The translations under genes were made by a program, and so were the position numbers. A stretch of 64,000 nucleotides of DNA, taken from positions 64,001 to 128,000 of the forward strand of contig CAVTHS010000004.1 of the NCBI GenBank assembly GCA_963734535.1. The letters run 5' to 3'. The DNA is from an uncultured Chloroflexia bacterium. Lineage in GTDB: Bacteria; Chloroflexota; Limnocylindria; Limnocylindrales; CSP1-4. Within the stretch, counting starts at the first letter, position 1. Each line of letters opens with the position of its first letter. This document shows, in pieces, positions 10,955-22,149 of this stretch. The notes beneath the pieces are model-generated. The model searched no databases. It saw nothing but the letters and a program-made list of their open reading frames with translations, and had not been told where the DNA came from.

Positions 10955-11127
10955 GCGGCCTCTTCACCCACGTGGCGGCTCATTCCCAGTGCAGATCTGG
11001 ATCGGCCGCCCGACTTCGGGGCAGTGTACCAGCCGTCCCGGGCGGCGCCGCCGCCCAAGCGTGTACACGGGACTCGGGAAGGATGGCGCCGAGCAAGGCC
11101 GGGACGCCCCGCGGCCGCCCGGCCGGG

Positions 11128-12112
11128 CTACGCGGCCGGCTCTTCGCCGCGAAGCACGAGCGTCCCGCCAGCCGCGAGGAGCAGGGCGCCAGCTGCGAGC
11201 GCCCAGATCCCGATCCCGGTCCCAAGCGGCGAGATCAGGTACGTCCAGCCGAGCCCCGCGTAGATCCCGCCAAGCAGGAGCGGCAGCACGCCGAGCGACG
11301 CGAAGCGCGGTACGCGATTCGGCAGCACGGCGAGGACGAGGCTCACCCAGGCGAGGAGGAACGGGGGGACGTTGCCCACCGCGGCGAGGCCCCACGTCGC
11401 GAAGTAGCCGCTGCCGAACGCCCCGCCGATGACCACGCCGCCGTCGGGAATCCAGGGCAGCACGAACGCGAGCACCGCCAGAGCGGCCCCGCCTGCGACG
11501 AGCCGCGGACCGATCCCGGGCGCAATCGCGAACGGCAGCTCGAGCACGGGCACGCGAGCGGCAGATCCGGCTGCCGGTTCGATGGGCGAGATCGACGCGG
11601 GTCCCCCAGGCGGCGATCCCGACGCGGAGGCCGGCCCCGGGTGCGCGGGCGGCGCCGGTTGCGAGGCCGGCGCGACCGCGATCGATCGGGTGACGTCGAT
11701 CGGGATGCTCCGCATCACGACCGATGGCGCAAGGTAGGCGCCCGGGATCGGGGGCATCGGCGGGCGGGGCGGCTCGATGGCTTCGGGCGCCGCGTACGTC
11801 GCCGGCGGCGATTCGTCCCGGGTGGCGGCGGGCGGAGCCTCGGACGCCGGGACCTCGCCTGGGGCCACGTGCGGAGCGTCCAGGGGCGGCGCATCGGGCG
11901 TCGAAGCGGTGGCCGGAGCGGCAGCCACCACCTGGGTCGTGGGCGGCGCCGCGGCTGCGGCAGCCCAGCCTGACGGTCGTGCCGCGCTCGGACGCCGGGC
12001 CCGCTGCCACGTGCCGGTCGACCGACGCGAGGAGCGCGCCACATGCCCCGCAGGAGAGGCGCCCGATCGGCACCTCGGCTCCGCATTCCGGACATGCCCG
12101 CGACTCGATCAT
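11128..12112 (-). CDS. Zinc-ribbon + Pro-rich linker + 4-TM hypothetical protein; frameshift ~11980
   Basis: MIESRACPECG..CGACG in one frame, continuing into the Pro-rich/TM segment of ORF 11128..12042. Confidence 0.7.
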
Positions 12113-12195
12113 CGGACGAGGCTCCCACCTGGTGCGTGCGCCCCGAGTGTCGCACGGGCGTCCAGTCCCGACGGTCAATCCCTCACGCCACACGC

Positions 12196-13246
12196 TCAGG
12201 CGGCGCGGGCCAATCGCGCAAGCTCGGCGGTCCAGATGGCAGATCGCCAGGCCGACGTGACGCCCGCGACGCCGAGGCAGGCGGCCCAGGCCGCAACCAG
12301 GATCAGCGTGGCGATGATGACGCCCGACGCCATCGGTGGCGTCCACGAGCGCCACCCGGGCACGATCCCAGGCGACGCCGACCACCACCACGGCCGGCAC
12401 GAGGAACGGGAGCGTCCCGCCGATCGCCACCACGAGCGTCAGGAGGATCGATCCCGGCGCCCGCGCGACGTCACCCGCCGCGGCCCCGAGAGCGCCCGCG
12501 ACCGACGACCCGCCGAGCACGATCCGTCGCGCGGCGAGCCCGCCGATGACCTCGGCAAGGAGCCACGCCCCGACAACCACGACGGCCGAGATCGGGGCCC
12601 CGGCGATCACGCGGAATGGGAGCGGAAGGGCCAGGTCCGTCGGCAGGAGCAGCTCCCGGTAGGCAACCTGGACCCAGCCCGGGACCGCGGCGACGAGCGC
12701 GAGCCCGACCGGCACGAGGAGCAGGAGCCGGGCTACCGCGACCCTTCGCACGGCGCCGCGCGGCGTCGGGTTCCCGGCGTCGTTCCGCGGCGGCGCGGCG
12801 GCGGCGACCCACCGGGAGGGGAACGCGACTCGCCGGCCCATCGTGCCGCCGGTGGCCAGCTCGACGGTCGCGCGGTGGAGGGCGACCTCCGCCGCGGCCG
12901 CGACGAGCGTCCCGGCAACGATCGACGCGAGCGCGATCCCGAGCCACGCGGCGACGAGGGCGATGAGCCGCGGCGTCGGGCCGGCGGCGGTCACGGATGT
13001 CGGTCCGACCGTGTTCGAGAGGCCCACGAACGACGGCAGCACCAGCATCGGGATCACGAGCGCGACCAGCCCGCCGCGGGCCAGGAATGCGAGAAGGGCG
13101 AAGGCCCACAGCCGCGGCCGGCCTGCCGCGAGGCGCGTCGCCGCGGCCATCGCACGGGGCCAGGGTGCCGCGCGCGGCGGATTGGGCCGCGGGCCGATCT
13201 GCCCGCCGTCGAGCTCTTCGAGCACGCCGACCGGCGGCGCGGTCAT
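12196..13246 (-). CDS. Polytopic membrane protein, hypothetical; frameshift ~12330
   Basis: MTAPPVGV start; repeated hydrophobic helices; the last TM segment is in another frame ending at TGA 12196. Confidence 0.65.
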
Positions 13247-13265
13247 CGGCGCGGCGCGCTGCCCG

Positions 13266-16200
13266 TCAGGGCGCGGGGGTCGGGCTCGGGACCACGACGA
13301 CGCCGAGCTGGCGAAGCGTCGCCTGGACCTTTGCGATCTCGACGCCGTAGGTCGCGAAGTCGCCCGCTCGCAGCGCCGCCTGGGCAAGCTCGAAGTGCGT
13401 GTTCGCGTAGGCGACGAGCGCCTTGACGTCGTCCGGTCGCGGCGTGACCCCGGGGCCGCCGCTCGGGACCGGGGTGGCGGATGCGCCCGGCGTGGGACTC
13501 ACGCCCGGCGACGGCGACGGTCCACCCGGCGTCGGGCTGGGCGACGGCGTGGAGCCGGTGCCGGAGAGCAGCGAGCTGAGCGCCTCGCTCAACGTGTCGG
13601 CCCACACGATCTTCGTCGGGCTGGCCACGACGATCTTGGTGAACTCGGGGATCGCCGAGCCGGTCGACTGGAGGTAGATCGGCTCGAGGTAGATGATCGA
13701 ATCCTGGACCGGGACAACGATCAGGTTGCCGCGCACGACGGTGCTGCCGGCCTGGCTCCAAAGCGTGAGCTGGGAGCTGATCTCGGGCTCCTGGTCGATG
13801 CGGGCCTCGATCTGGGCTGGACCGAAGATCGACGTGTCGCGCGGGAACCGGAAGACCTTGACCGCCCCGTAGTTCGGCGCGTCGTTCCGGGCGGCGACCC
13901 ACGCGATCATGTTCGGCCGGGCCTTGGGCACCATCGGTTGGAGAAGCAGGAACTCGGGCTTCGGCTGGCCGGGCATTCGCATGTAGACGTAGTACGCCTC
14001 CAGCGGGAGCTGGCCCGTGGCGCTGTTGGCCTGGTTCTGGGGCACCGTCCAGAGATCGTCGCCCTGGTAGAACGAGGCCGGGTCGGTCACGTGGTAGCGG
14101 GCAAACGTCTGCGTCTGGACATTGAAGAGCTCCTCCGGGACGCGGAGGTGCGCCACGATGTCCGCGGGCATCGTGGCGAGCGGCTTGAAGAGCGTCGGGA
14201 AGACGCCCTGCCAGGCCCGGATCAGGGGGTCGGCGGGATCTGCGACGTAGAACGTCATGGAGCCGTCGTACGCGTCCATGACCACCTTGACGCTGTTGCG
14301 CATGTAGTTGAAGGACTGACCTGCCAGCCCGCTCGTCTGGCCCAGCGTGTCACCGTCGAACGTCTCGGCGTTCGGGAAGCGGTTGGTGATGGTGTAGGCG
14401 TCCTGGACGTAGACGAGCCGGCCGGAGCCCGTCACGACCAGGTACGGATCCTTGTCGTAGGCCAGGAACGGCGCGATCAGCTGCAGCCGCTCGCCGAGGC
14501 TGCGGTTCATGAGCAGCTGCGAGTCGGCAGTGACCTGGTCCGAGATCAGCAGGTTCAGGTCACGGAAGCGGGCGGCGAACAGGAGGCGGGTCAGGATCGA
14601 GTCGAGCTTGATGCCGGTCGAGGCCTGCCAGCGCGTCTGGGTGAGGTCCGTTGGGGAGGCCTGGTCGCCGGTCCCGATCGGGTAGTCGAACTCGGGCTGG
14701 CGGCCGTCGACGATCACCCAGTCGTTGGGCCGCTCCCCGAAGTAGATCCGGGGCTCCGAGACAACCGGCGCACCCGCGCTCGCCACGGGTGGCATGTCAC
14801 GGATGATCAGCTGCGGAAGGCCCTGCGAGTCGACCTCGTTCACGGGCACCATGGCGATGCCGAAGCCGTGGGTGAAGACGATCCGCTGGTTGACCCAGCT
14901 TCCGCCCTGGGGGTTGCGTTCGGGGGCCAGCTCCCGGGCCGAGAGCATCACCTGGCGGTCCTGCCCGCCGATCACGTAGCGGTCGGTGTCGACGTCGACG
15001 AACTGGTAGTACTGGCGCACGGTCTGGATCTGGTCCAGCGTCGTCTGGAGCGGCCGGTAGTCCCACAGCCGTGCGTTCTGGAAGGTCGACGCGTCGGTGA
15101 CCAGCGCGTCGGCCGTCAAAGGCACGGCTCCGCTGTACGTCTGGTCCTGCCACGGGCCGAGGTTGTACGCAAGCCGCGTCATCGCGATGTTGTTGGCGAT
15201 GTAGGGCTGCTCCTGGGCGTACTGGTTGGGCTCGACCGTGAACCGCTGGATCGCCTCCGGGTAGATGGTGCCCAGGAGCAACGAGAGGCCGAGCCAGATC
15301 GCGACCCCTGCCCCGAGCGGCGCCACCCAGCGCGTGAACGCTCCGGCAACGAGCAGGGCGGCGACGATCCCGGCCACGATCGTCAGCGCATCGAGGGCGA
15401 AGAACTGGGCGGCCTGGTCGGTGTAGCTGACGCCCGTCGCCACGCCGCGCGTGCTGTAGACCAGCTCGAGCTTGTCCAGCTGGTAGCCGGCCGCGACGGT
15501 GATCAGGTAGAGGCCCGCCAGCGCGCCGAGGTGGACACGGACCGGCGTGGTGAAGCCGCTTCCGCCCAGCGCCGCCACGACGTACCGGGCGAGCGAGAAG
15601 AGGAGGGCCGCGAGCAGGAGCCCGCCGGCCGTCGCCTGGAGGAGCCGCAGGAAGGGCAGGTCGAAGAAGTAGAAGCTGATGTCCCGACCGAAGACCGGGT
15701 CCACCACGGGTGCGGCCCCGGCCGTCGCGAACGGGACCCGGTTGGCGAACAGCGCCACCGTCTCCCAGTTCCCCGACAGTGCGCCGGCCGTGCCCAGCGC
15801 GACGAGCACGGCGAGGACCACGAGGACGATCACGCCGAGCGGCCGCAGGTCCGGAAGGTCGGCGGTGGTCAGGCTGGGCCCGGCCGGCCGGACCCCTCCG
15901 GGGCGGCTGTCGTCGTCGCTGCCGAACGGTCCGCGCCGGGCCTGGCCGAACGGGTCGTATCGATTCCGGAACGGGCTCTCGCCGGTCGTGCGGGCCGACT
16001 GGCCCAGCCGGTCGACGAAGGCCCGGAAGCGCTCCCCGGCGCCGGTCCCCGGCGGGGGCGCGAGACGCCCGGCGAGCCAGATGTTGACGAGGAGGAAGAG
16101 GAGGGCGACCACGAGCCCGACCACGAAGAGGCCAGCCTGTGATCCGATTCGCGTCCAGAAGACCGGGTCGAAGCCGACGCTCTTGAACCAGGTGGCGTCG

Positions 16201-16646
16201 GTGACGAGCTCCAGGCCGATCCCCACCAGGAAGATGGCGCTGAGCAGGATCAGCGCGACGGCGCCGAGCACCACCTGCGGGCCGAGGTCGCGGAGGCGGC
16301 GTCGCCTGGAACCGCCATCGTTCGGGCCGCCGGGGCCGCGACGTCGCGGCGGTGAGCCGGAAGGCGGCCCGCGGTGGCTGCCGGGGAGCGGGCGTGGCCG
16401 CGGCGGAGGCGGCAGCTCGTCGTCCGTATCGGACGAGGGATCGCGATCCGGCCGATCGGCCGCGACCGGGTCCTCCTCCACGGCCGGGGGGCCGTCAACG
16501 GCGTCGGTCGTGCCGGGGTCGTCCCCTGGGGTCGCGTCGCCGGACGGGTCGCCGGGAGGCGGAACCCGCTCCCCACGCGCCGCTGCCTGGGCCTGGCGCT
16601 GGCGTTCGGCCAGCTCCTTCATGAAATCGTCGAAGAGGTCGCGCAT
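13266..16646 (-). CDS. UPF0182 family membrane protein
   Basis: WFKSVGF, DPVFGRDISFYFFDLP, GVSYTD, TRLAY, NARLWD, DVDTDRY, FTHGFG, PRIYFGE, NYMRNSVK, RGNLIVVP. Confidence 0.95.
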   Translation of the reverse strand: MRDLFDDFMKELAERQRQAQAAARGERVPPPGDPSGDATPGDDPGTTDAVDGPPAVEEDPVAADRPDRDPSSDTDDELPPPPRPRPLPGSHRGPPSGSPPRRRGPGGPNDGGSRRRRLRDLGPQVVLGAVALILLSAIFLVGIGLELVTDATWFKSVGFDPVFWTRIGSQAGLFVVGLVVALLFLLVNIWLAGRLAPPPGTGAGERFRAFVDRLGQSARTTGESPFRNRYDPFGQARRGPFGSDDDSRPGGVRPAGPSLTTADLPDLRPLGVIVLVVLAVLVALGTAGALSGNWETVALFANRVPFATAGAAPVVDPVFGRDISFYFFDLPFLRLLQATAGGLLLAALLFSLARYVVAALGGSGFTTPVRVHLGALAGLYLITVAAGYQLDKLELVYSTRGVATGVSYTDQAAQFFALDALTIVAGIVAALLVAGAFTRWVAPLGAGVAIWLGLSLLLGTIYPEAIQRFTVEPNQYAQEQPYIANNIAMTRLAYNLGPWQDQTYSGAVPLTADALVTDASTFQNARLWDYRPLQTTLDQIQTVRQYYQFVDVDTDRYVIGGQDRQVMLSARELAPERNPQGGSWVNQRIVFTHGFGIAMVPVNEVDSQGLPQLIIRDMPPVASAGAPVVSEPRIYFGERPNDWVIVDGRQPEFDYPIGTGDQASPTDLTQTRWQASTGIKLDSILTRLLFAARFRDLNLLISDQVTADSQLLMNRSLGERLQLIAPFLAYDKDPYLVVTGSGRLVYVQDAYTITNRFPNAETFDGDTLGQTSGLAGQSFNYMRNSVKVVMDAYDGSMTFYVADPADPLIRAWQGVFPTLFKPLATMPADIVAHLRVPEELFNVQTQTFARYHVTDPASFYQGDDLWTVPQNQANSATGQLPLEAYYVYMRMPGQPKPEFLLLQPMVPKARPNMIAWVAARNDAPNYGAVKVFRFPRDTSIFGPAQIEARIDQEPEISSQLTLWSQAGSTVVRGNLIVVPVQDSIIYLEPIYLQSTGSAIPEFTKIVVASPTKIVWADTLSEALSSLLSGTGSTPSPSPTPGGPSPSPGVSPTPGASATPVPSGGPGVTPRPDDVKALVAYANTHFELAQAALRAGDFATYGVEIAKVQATLRQLGVVVVPSPTPAP

Positions 16647-16705
16647 CCGGCAGAGTGTACGCCTCCGCCCGGCCCGCCCGGGGACCCCCGGCCTGCGGGA
16701 TTCGC

Positions 16706-17158
16706 TCAGGGCCGGTGAAGGCCCTCGACCGCGCGTCGGAAGGCGGCCAGGGCCACGTCGGCGAGCGCGCTTGGCGTCATTGCCGCGGCACGCGCCGGCT
16801 CCCAGCGGATCGCCGCCTGGACCACGAGCGGTGCCGACCACGGATGGTCGGGATCGTCGGGCGGCACGGGCAGCCGGAGGCGGATCTGCTGGCGCCCGCC
16901 GTCCTCGAGGACGAAGCCCGACAGCCCGCCCGAAAGGAGCCGCCCGAGCCGGGCGAGCGGCGGATCCGGGGGCGGCCCCGCGGCCGGCGCCGCTGCCCGG
17001 CAGGCCACGATCCCGTCCGCGTCGGCAACCCAGAGGACCGCGAGCCACCAGCCCTCGATCTCGGTCGGGCGGTCCATGCCGGCGCGGCCGCGACGCTCGC
17101 CAAGCACGACCTCGTGCTCGCGGATGTATGAGGGTCCGGGCGGGGGCAGGCGGGGCAT
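16706..17158 (-). CDS. Hypothetical protein
   Basis: Plausible protein-like ORF; TATCCT 7 nt before the ATG. Confidence 0.6.
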   Translation of the reverse strand: MPRLPPPGPSYIREHEVVLGERRGRAGMDRPTEIEGWWLAVLWVADADGIVACRAAAPAAGPPPDPPLARLGRLLSGGLSGFVLEDGGRQQIRLRLPVPPDDPDHPWSAPLVVQAAIRWEPARAAAMTPSALADVALAAFRRAVEGLHRP

Positions 17159-17211
17159 CGCGGGCAGGATAGCCCGGGCCGCATCGTCCGACTGCCCGCG
17201 CGCCAGGGTGT

Positions 17212-17754
17212 CTACGGCGTGGCGTCCTCGCCCGGAGGCGTCGCGTCGGCCGGTCCTTCGCCCGGCTCCGGTGCAGCCTCGGGCTGCGACTCGCCGTCCG
17301 GCGCTGGTGCGGTGTCGGGCACGACCGGCATCGGGACGCCCCGTTCGGCGGCCATGGCCTCGACCCGCGCGGTGAGGTCCGCGAGCTCCGCGTCGAGGCG
17401 GATGCGAAGCATCTCGCGCCGCACGTCAGCGTCGGGCATCGCGAGTGCGGGCAGCTCGGCCTGCGTCGGTGGCGGGATCGCGTCGTCGCCGCCGACGAAG
17501 AGCGCGCCGAAGGTCCGGCGGACCTTGCGCGGCGCCGTCGGGCGCGATGCGAGCACGCCATCGATCGCCGTCACGCCCGGGATCTCCACCTGGGCATCGC
17601 CGCGGAGCGTTGCACCGCACGCGCTGCACGTCACGGCATCCGGGCTGGCGACCGCCGCCGAGCACCACGGGCACCGCGCAGCAGGGTCGGCGGGCGGCGG
17701 AAGCGGGATCTCCTGCGGCGGGACGGCGGAGTCGGGCGGTTCGTTCTCAGCCAT
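17212..17754 (-). CDS. Zinc-ribbon hypothetical protein
   Basis: CPWC-x10-CSAC, coiled segment, acidic Pro-rich tail. Confidence 0.7.
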   Translation of the reverse strand: MAENEPPDSAVPPQEIPLPPPADPAARCPWCSAAVASPDAVTCSACGATLRGDAQVEIPGVTAIDGVLASRPTAPRKVRRTFGALFVGGDDAIPPPTQAELPALAMPDADVRREMLRIRLDAELADLTARVEAMAAERGVPMPVVPDTAPAPDGESQPEAAPEPGEGPADATPPGEDATP

Positions 17755-17867
17755 GCTGGAGCGATGCTACCGGACCGGATGCTCCTGCGAGCACTCCGCG
17801 CGAACCGATCCGGCGCGTCCGCGCACCGACGCGCAGCGTCGCCTCGGCGGGTGGGCCGTGGCCCGCC

Positions 17868-19829
17868 TCACTCCCACTCGATCGTGGCGGGCGGCTTCGA
17901 GCTGATGTCGTAGACCACGCGGTTGACGCCCGGCACCTCGTTCACGATCCGGGAGCTGATCGTCCCGAGCACCTCGTAGGGGAGCTTCGCCCAGTCGGCC
18001 GTCATGCCGTCCTCGGAGGTCACCGCGCGGATCGCGACGACGTTCGCATACGTGCGATTGTCGCCCATCACGCCGACGCTCCGGACCGGGGTCAGGATCG
18101 CGAACGACTGCCAGAGGCTCCGGTAGAGGCCGGCTGCCTTGATCTCGTCGATGACGATCCAGTCCGCCTCGCGAAGCGTGTCGAGCCGCTCGGCGGTCAC
18201 CTCGCCGATGATCCTGATCGCGAGGCCGGGACCCGGGAACGGCTGGCGGAAGACCATCGCCTCGGGCAGGCCCAGCTCGAGGCCGACCAGCCGCACCTCG
18301 TCCTTGAACAGGTAGCGGAGCGGCTCGATGAGCGTGAAGCGGAGGTCGTCCGGCAGCCCGCCGACGTTGTGGTGGGTCTTGATCTTCTGGGCCGCCTTCG
18401 TCTCCGGCGTCGTGGACTCGATGACGTCCGGGTAGAGCGTCCCCTGGGTCAGGAAGTCGATCCGACCGAGCTTCGCGGCCTCCTCCTCGAAGACGCGGAT
18501 GAACTCGTCGCCGATGATCCGTCGCTTCGACTCTGGGTCGGTCACACCGGAGAGACGGGCCAGGAAGCGCATTCGCGCGTCGACCATCACCAGGCGCATC
18601 CCGAGGCTGTGCTCGAACGTGACACGCAGGAGCTCCGACTCCTTCTTGCGCATCAGGCCGTGGTCCACGTAGATGCAGGTGAGCCGATCCCCGACGGCGC
18701 GCTGCACCAGGCTCGCCGCGACGGCGGAATCGACCCCGCCGGAGAGCGCGCAGATCACGAGGCCGTCACCGCCCGTGTCGCGCGCCTGGGCGTCCACCCG
18801 GGAGCGGATCTCGTTGATGGTCGACTCGATGAAGTTGGCGGCGGTCCACGTGGGCCGGGCGCCGGCGATCTCCATCACGAAGTTGCGCAGCACGTCGCGT
18901 CCGCGCGGCGTGTGGCCCACCTCGGGATGGAACTGGATTCCGTAGAGGCCGCGGAGGGGATCCGCCATGGCGGCGAACTGCGTTGATGCCGTCTGCGCCG
19001 TGGCCCGGAAACCGGGCGGCGGCGCCACGATCGAATCGCCGTGGCTCATCCAGACCGGCTGCTCGCGGCCCAGCCCGGCGAAGAGCGGGCTGTCGTCGCT
19101 GAAGGTGATCGTCGCCGGACCGTATTCGCGCTTCGCGACCGAGACGACATCGCCGCCGAGCTCGCGCGCCATCAGGTGGAGCCCGTAGCAGATCCCCAGG
19201 ACCGGGACGCCCGCGCTCCACACCGCGGGATCAGGCCGCGGCGCGTCGGTCTCGTAGACGCTGGACGGGCCGCCGGACAGGATGATCGCGCGCGGGTGTC
19301 GCTTCGCGATCTCCGGCCACGGCGTGTCGAAGGGCAGGAGCTCGGAGTAGACGTGGAGCTCCCGCACGCGGCGCGCGATCAGCTGCGCGTACTGGCTCCC
19401 GAAGTCCAGCACCACCACGGTGTCCGGCTCGCCGCGGCTGCCCTCGCCACGCGGGACGGCGCCGCCCGGCACGTCCAGCGCCGGGCGCTCCGGCGCCGGC
19501 GCGTTGAGGGCGGTCTCGAGGTACGCCTCCACCTCCGCGTCGTCCGGGGCAAGGACACGATGGCCGGCATTGGCGAGCTCACCATGGACGGTCTTGCCGC
19601 GCTCCCGCCGGGGAGCCTCGTGGTCGTCGGGACGCGGTTCGGCGGGGACGGGGTTCGGGGCGGGCACGTCGGGACGGGGGGCTGCTCCGCGGGCCGGGCC
19701 GGCATCGTCCGGCGCCACGTCCGGGAGCGCCGCGCCGTCGTCCTCTGCGCGCGCCCGATCCGACTGCTGCTCGGCCGCGTCCAGCGCCTGCTCCGCCGCG
19801 CTCGCCTGGTGCTCCGCCGCTTCTCCCAA
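17868..19829 (-). CDS. guaA: GMP synthase (glutamine-hydrolyzing) with N-terminal extension
   Basis: [46 protein letters not shown]. Confidence 0.97.
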   Translation of the reverse strand: MGEAAEHQASAAEQALDAAEQQSDRARAEDDGAALPDVAPDDAGPARGAAPRPDVPAPNPVPAEPRPDDHEAPRRERGKTVHGELANAGHRVLAPDDAEVEAYLETALNAPAPERPALDVPGGAVPRGEGSRGEPDTVVVLDFGSQYAQLIARRVRELHVYSELLPFDTPWPEIAKRHPRAIILSGGPSSVYETDAPRPDPAVWSAGVPVLGICYGLHLMARELGGDVVSVAKREYGPATITFSDDSPLFAGLGREQPVWMSHGDSIVAPPPGFRATAQTASTQFAAMADPLRGLYGIQFHPEVGHTPRGRDVLRNFVMEIAGARPTWTAANFIESTINEIRSRVDAQARDTGGDGLVICALSGGVDSAVAASLVQRAVGDRLTCIYVDHGLMRKKESELLRVTFEHSLGMRLVMVDARMRFLARLSGVTDPESKRRIIGDEFIRVFEEEAAKLGRIDFLTQGTLYPDVIESTTPETKAAQKIKTHHNVGGLPDDLRFTLIEPLRYLFKDEVRLVGLELGLPEAMVFRQPFPGPGLAIRIIGEVTAERLDTLREADWIVIDEIKAAGLYRSLWQSFAILTPVRSVGVMGDNRTYANVVAIRAVTSEDGMTADWAKLPYEVLGTISSRIVNEVPGVNRVVYDISSKPPATIEWE

Positions 19830-19896
19830 CCGCCGACTCCTCCCTCGCTCGGCTCCCGTCGCGGGCGGGCCCGTCGTCCGAAGTGTACGGGCGGCG

Positions 19897-20253
19897 TCAG
19901 CCCGGCGAAGCGGGCCGCAGCCGGAAGGCTGGGCCGGCGCCCAATCGTTCGGCCGGCGTTCCGTACTTCAGGATCAGCTCCGTGATCGCCCGCGCCTTGG
20001 CCGCGCCATCGAGCTCCTCGGCGACGTACGTGCCCTCGAGCGTGCCGATCCTGGCGACGCAGCGCGGCTCGGCCAGGAGATTCGCGGCCCAGTGCGCACC
20101 GGGATCGCCGGCGGCCACCAGGAGCGAGCCATCCGGCTCGGGGACGAAGCCGACGGCCGCCACGACGTTCCGGCCGGAGGCCCGGCCCCGCGTCTCGATC
20201 GCGACGGCCTTCTCCCAGCCGACGAGCTGCTCGCCGTATGGATCTGTTGGCAC
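19897..20253 (-). CDS. Deazaflavin (F420)-dependent nitroreductase/Ddn-like protein
   Basis: [17 protein letters not shown] pattern; 118 aa. Confidence 0.7.
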   Translation of the reverse strand: MPTDPYGEQLVGWEKAVAIETRGRASGRNVVAAVGFVPEPDGSLLVAAGDPGAHWAANLLAEPRCVARIGTLEGTYVAEELDGAAKARAITELILKYGTPAERLGAGPAFRLRPASPG

Positions 20254-20288
20254 CGGAGCGGGCTCCTGCCGTCCGGCCTGCGGCCGGC

Positions 20289-21470
20289 CTACCTGCCGCG
20301 GAGCTGCCAGGACTTGCCCTCGGTGACGACCGATGGCGCGTAGACGATCTCGACCCCCTGCATCTCGCGAAGCGTCCGGGCGCCGAGCGCCGCCATCGAC
20401 TGCCGGAGGGCGCCCACCAGGTTCTGGGTGCCGTCCGTGACGTGCGACGGGCCGAACAGGATCTGCTCCATCGGGCCGACCGTCCCGACCGTGATCCGGG
20501 TGCCGCGCGGCAGCACCGGCGATGGGGCCGCCATCCCCCAGTTCGTGCCGCGGCCGGGCGCCTCATCGGCCCGGGCGAGCGGCGAGCCGAGCATGACGGC
20601 GTCGGCGCCGGCCGCGATCGCCTTCGCGATGTCGCCGCCCTTCTTCATCCCGCCATCGGCCACGACCGGGATCCAGCGGCCCGTCTCGGCGAAGTAGACG
20701 TCGCGAGCGGCGGCCACGTCGCTCACGGCGGTCACCTGCGGGACGCCGATTCCGAGCACCTCGCGGGTCGTGCACGCGGCGCCGGGCCCGACGCCCACGA
20801 AGACCGCGGCCGCGCCCTGCTCCATGAGCGCGAACGCGGCTTCGGCGTTCGTGGTGTTCCCGACGGCCACCGGGATCGGCATGATCAGGGTGAACTCGGA
20901 CAGGCTGAGCGGCTCGTATTCCGACGCCAGGTGGCGCGCGCTGCTCACCTGGCTCTGGACCAGGAAGAGGTCCGCGCCGTGCTCGGCGCAGGCCGGCCCG
21001 AACCGGCGGGCGGCGGCGGGCGTGGCCGAGACCGCTGCCTTCGAACCTGCGGCGTGGATCTCCGCGATCCGGCGGCCGATGAGCTCGTCGCGGATGGGGG
21101 CCGCATACGCCTCCGCGAGGACCGCCTGGATCTCGCCGTCGCTTGCCGTCGCGATCCGCTCGAGGATCGGCGCCGGGTCCTCGTAGCGTGCGTGGACGCC
21201 CTCGAGGTTGAGGAATGCGAGCCCGCCGAGCCCCGCGAGGACGCCGGCGCTCCGCGGGTCGACGACCGCGTCCATCGCGGCAGCCAGCACGGGGATCGCG
21301 AGCGCGATGCCGCAGAAGTCCTGGGCCAGGCGGACGTCGTTCGGCTCGACCGTCTCCGTTCCCGGCGCCAGCGAGACGTCCTCGAAGCCGTAGGTCGGCC
21401 GGATCGAGTCGACCTTGGAACGGAAGGCGCGCCGGGCCGCCGGGGCGAACGGGAGATTCTGGTCGAGCAA
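20289..21470 (-). CDS. guaB: GuaB3-family IMP dehydrogenase-related protein
   Basis: YGFEDVSLAPG, AAAMDAVV, GVGPGAACTTR, ADGG, WGMA; no CBS domains; TTG at 21470 with AGGAGG SD. Confidence 0.92.
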   Translation of the reverse strand: MLDQNLPFAPAARRAFRSKVDSIRPTYGFEDVSLAPGTETVEPNDVRLAQDFCGIALAIPVLAAAMDAVVDPRSAGVLAGLGGLAFLNLEGVHARYEDPAPILERIATASDGEIQAVLAEAYAAPIRDELIGRRIAEIHAAGSKAAVSATPAAARRFGPACAEHGADLFLVQSQVSSARHLASEYEPLSLSEFTLIMPIPVAVGNTTNAEAAFALMEQGAAAVFVGVGPGAACTTREVLGIGVPQVTAVSDVAAARDVYFAETGRWIPVVADGGMKKGGDIAKAIAAGADAVMLGSPLARADEAPGRGTNWGMAAPSPVLPRGTRITVGTVGPMEQILFGPSHVTDGTQNLVGALRQSMAALGARTLREMQGVEIVYAPSVVTEGKSWQLRGR

Positions 21471-21564
21471 CTCCGGCCTCCTGGGGTGCCCTGCGGCGGG
21501 CGGGTTGCGCGGCATTCTACCGCGCGAACGGCCCAAGCCCGTCGCCCGTCGCCCGCCGCCGTGC

Positions 21565-21633
21565 CGCGGTGCGAACCCCGCGAGGTGGCGCGGCGCGAAC
21601 CTCGCGCCGCCGTGTCGCGGGACCAACCTCGCG
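21565..21633. repeat. Three imperfect 18-bp direct repeats CGCGG-N4-AACC(C/T)CGCG
   Basis: Copies at 21565-21582, 21589-21606 and 21616-21633, upstream of the guaB3 -10 candidate (TAGAAT, 21514-21519, minus strand). Confidence 0.6.
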
Positions 21634-21639
21634 AGCGTG

Positions 21640-22149
21640 TCAGCCCTCGCGGGGAGGGCGCGCGAGCCGTCGACCGTCCATCGTCAGCTCGAACCAGGGG
21701 GCCGCCGACGCGTCGGTGAGCGACCGAACGATCCGCTCGATCGTCCGCCGGTAGGAGGGCCACACCGCCACCCTGGCTGCCTCCGCGGCCGCCATCCAGC
21801 GCGCGGCGTCGTGCTCGTGCGAAAGCCGCGGGGTCGCGTCGGAGCGAACCCGGATTGCGAAGGTCGCGGCGGCGACCACCGCGTCCGGGCCCTCGTCGTA
21901 GAACTGGTTGACCTGGTCGAGGTCGTAGAACGCCTCGATCTCCGCGGGCCCGAAGGCGACCTCCTCGGACACCTCGCGGAGCGCGGCCATCGGGACTCGC
22001 TCGCCGGCCTCGAGGCCGCCGGTCACGCACTGCCAGAGCCCCGGGAAGATGCGGCTCGCCGACCGGCGAATCAGCAGCACCTCCACTCCGCCGGATTCGG
22101 GCAGGCGGAAGATCCAGCACTCGACGAGGTCGGGCCGAACCGGGCTCAT
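21640..22149 (-). CDS. NUDIX hydrolase (NudB/dATP pyrophosphohydrolase-like)
   Basis: WQCVTGGLEAGE..AALREVSEE Nudix box; LSHEH. Confidence 0.88.
   Translation of the reverse strand: MSPVRPDLVECWIFRLPESGGVEVLLIRRSASRIFPGLWQCVTGGLEAGERVPMAALREVSEEVAFGPAEIEAFYDLDQVNQFYDEGPDAVVAAATFAIRVRSDATPRLSHEHDAARWMAAAEAARVAVWPSYRRTIERIVRSLTDASAAPWFELTMDGRRLARPPREG

Noticed and set aside
10964-13387. 807-aa single ORF spanning two genes
   Set aside because: Artefactual join created by frameshifts in two separate membrane-protein genes
12843-16142. 1099-aa plus-strand ORF and many other long ORFs (e.g. 33642..36347, 39969..42695, 49020..52058)
   Set aside because: Antisense or off-frame shadows of real genes in high-GC DNA; Arg/Gly/Pro-rich with no motifs
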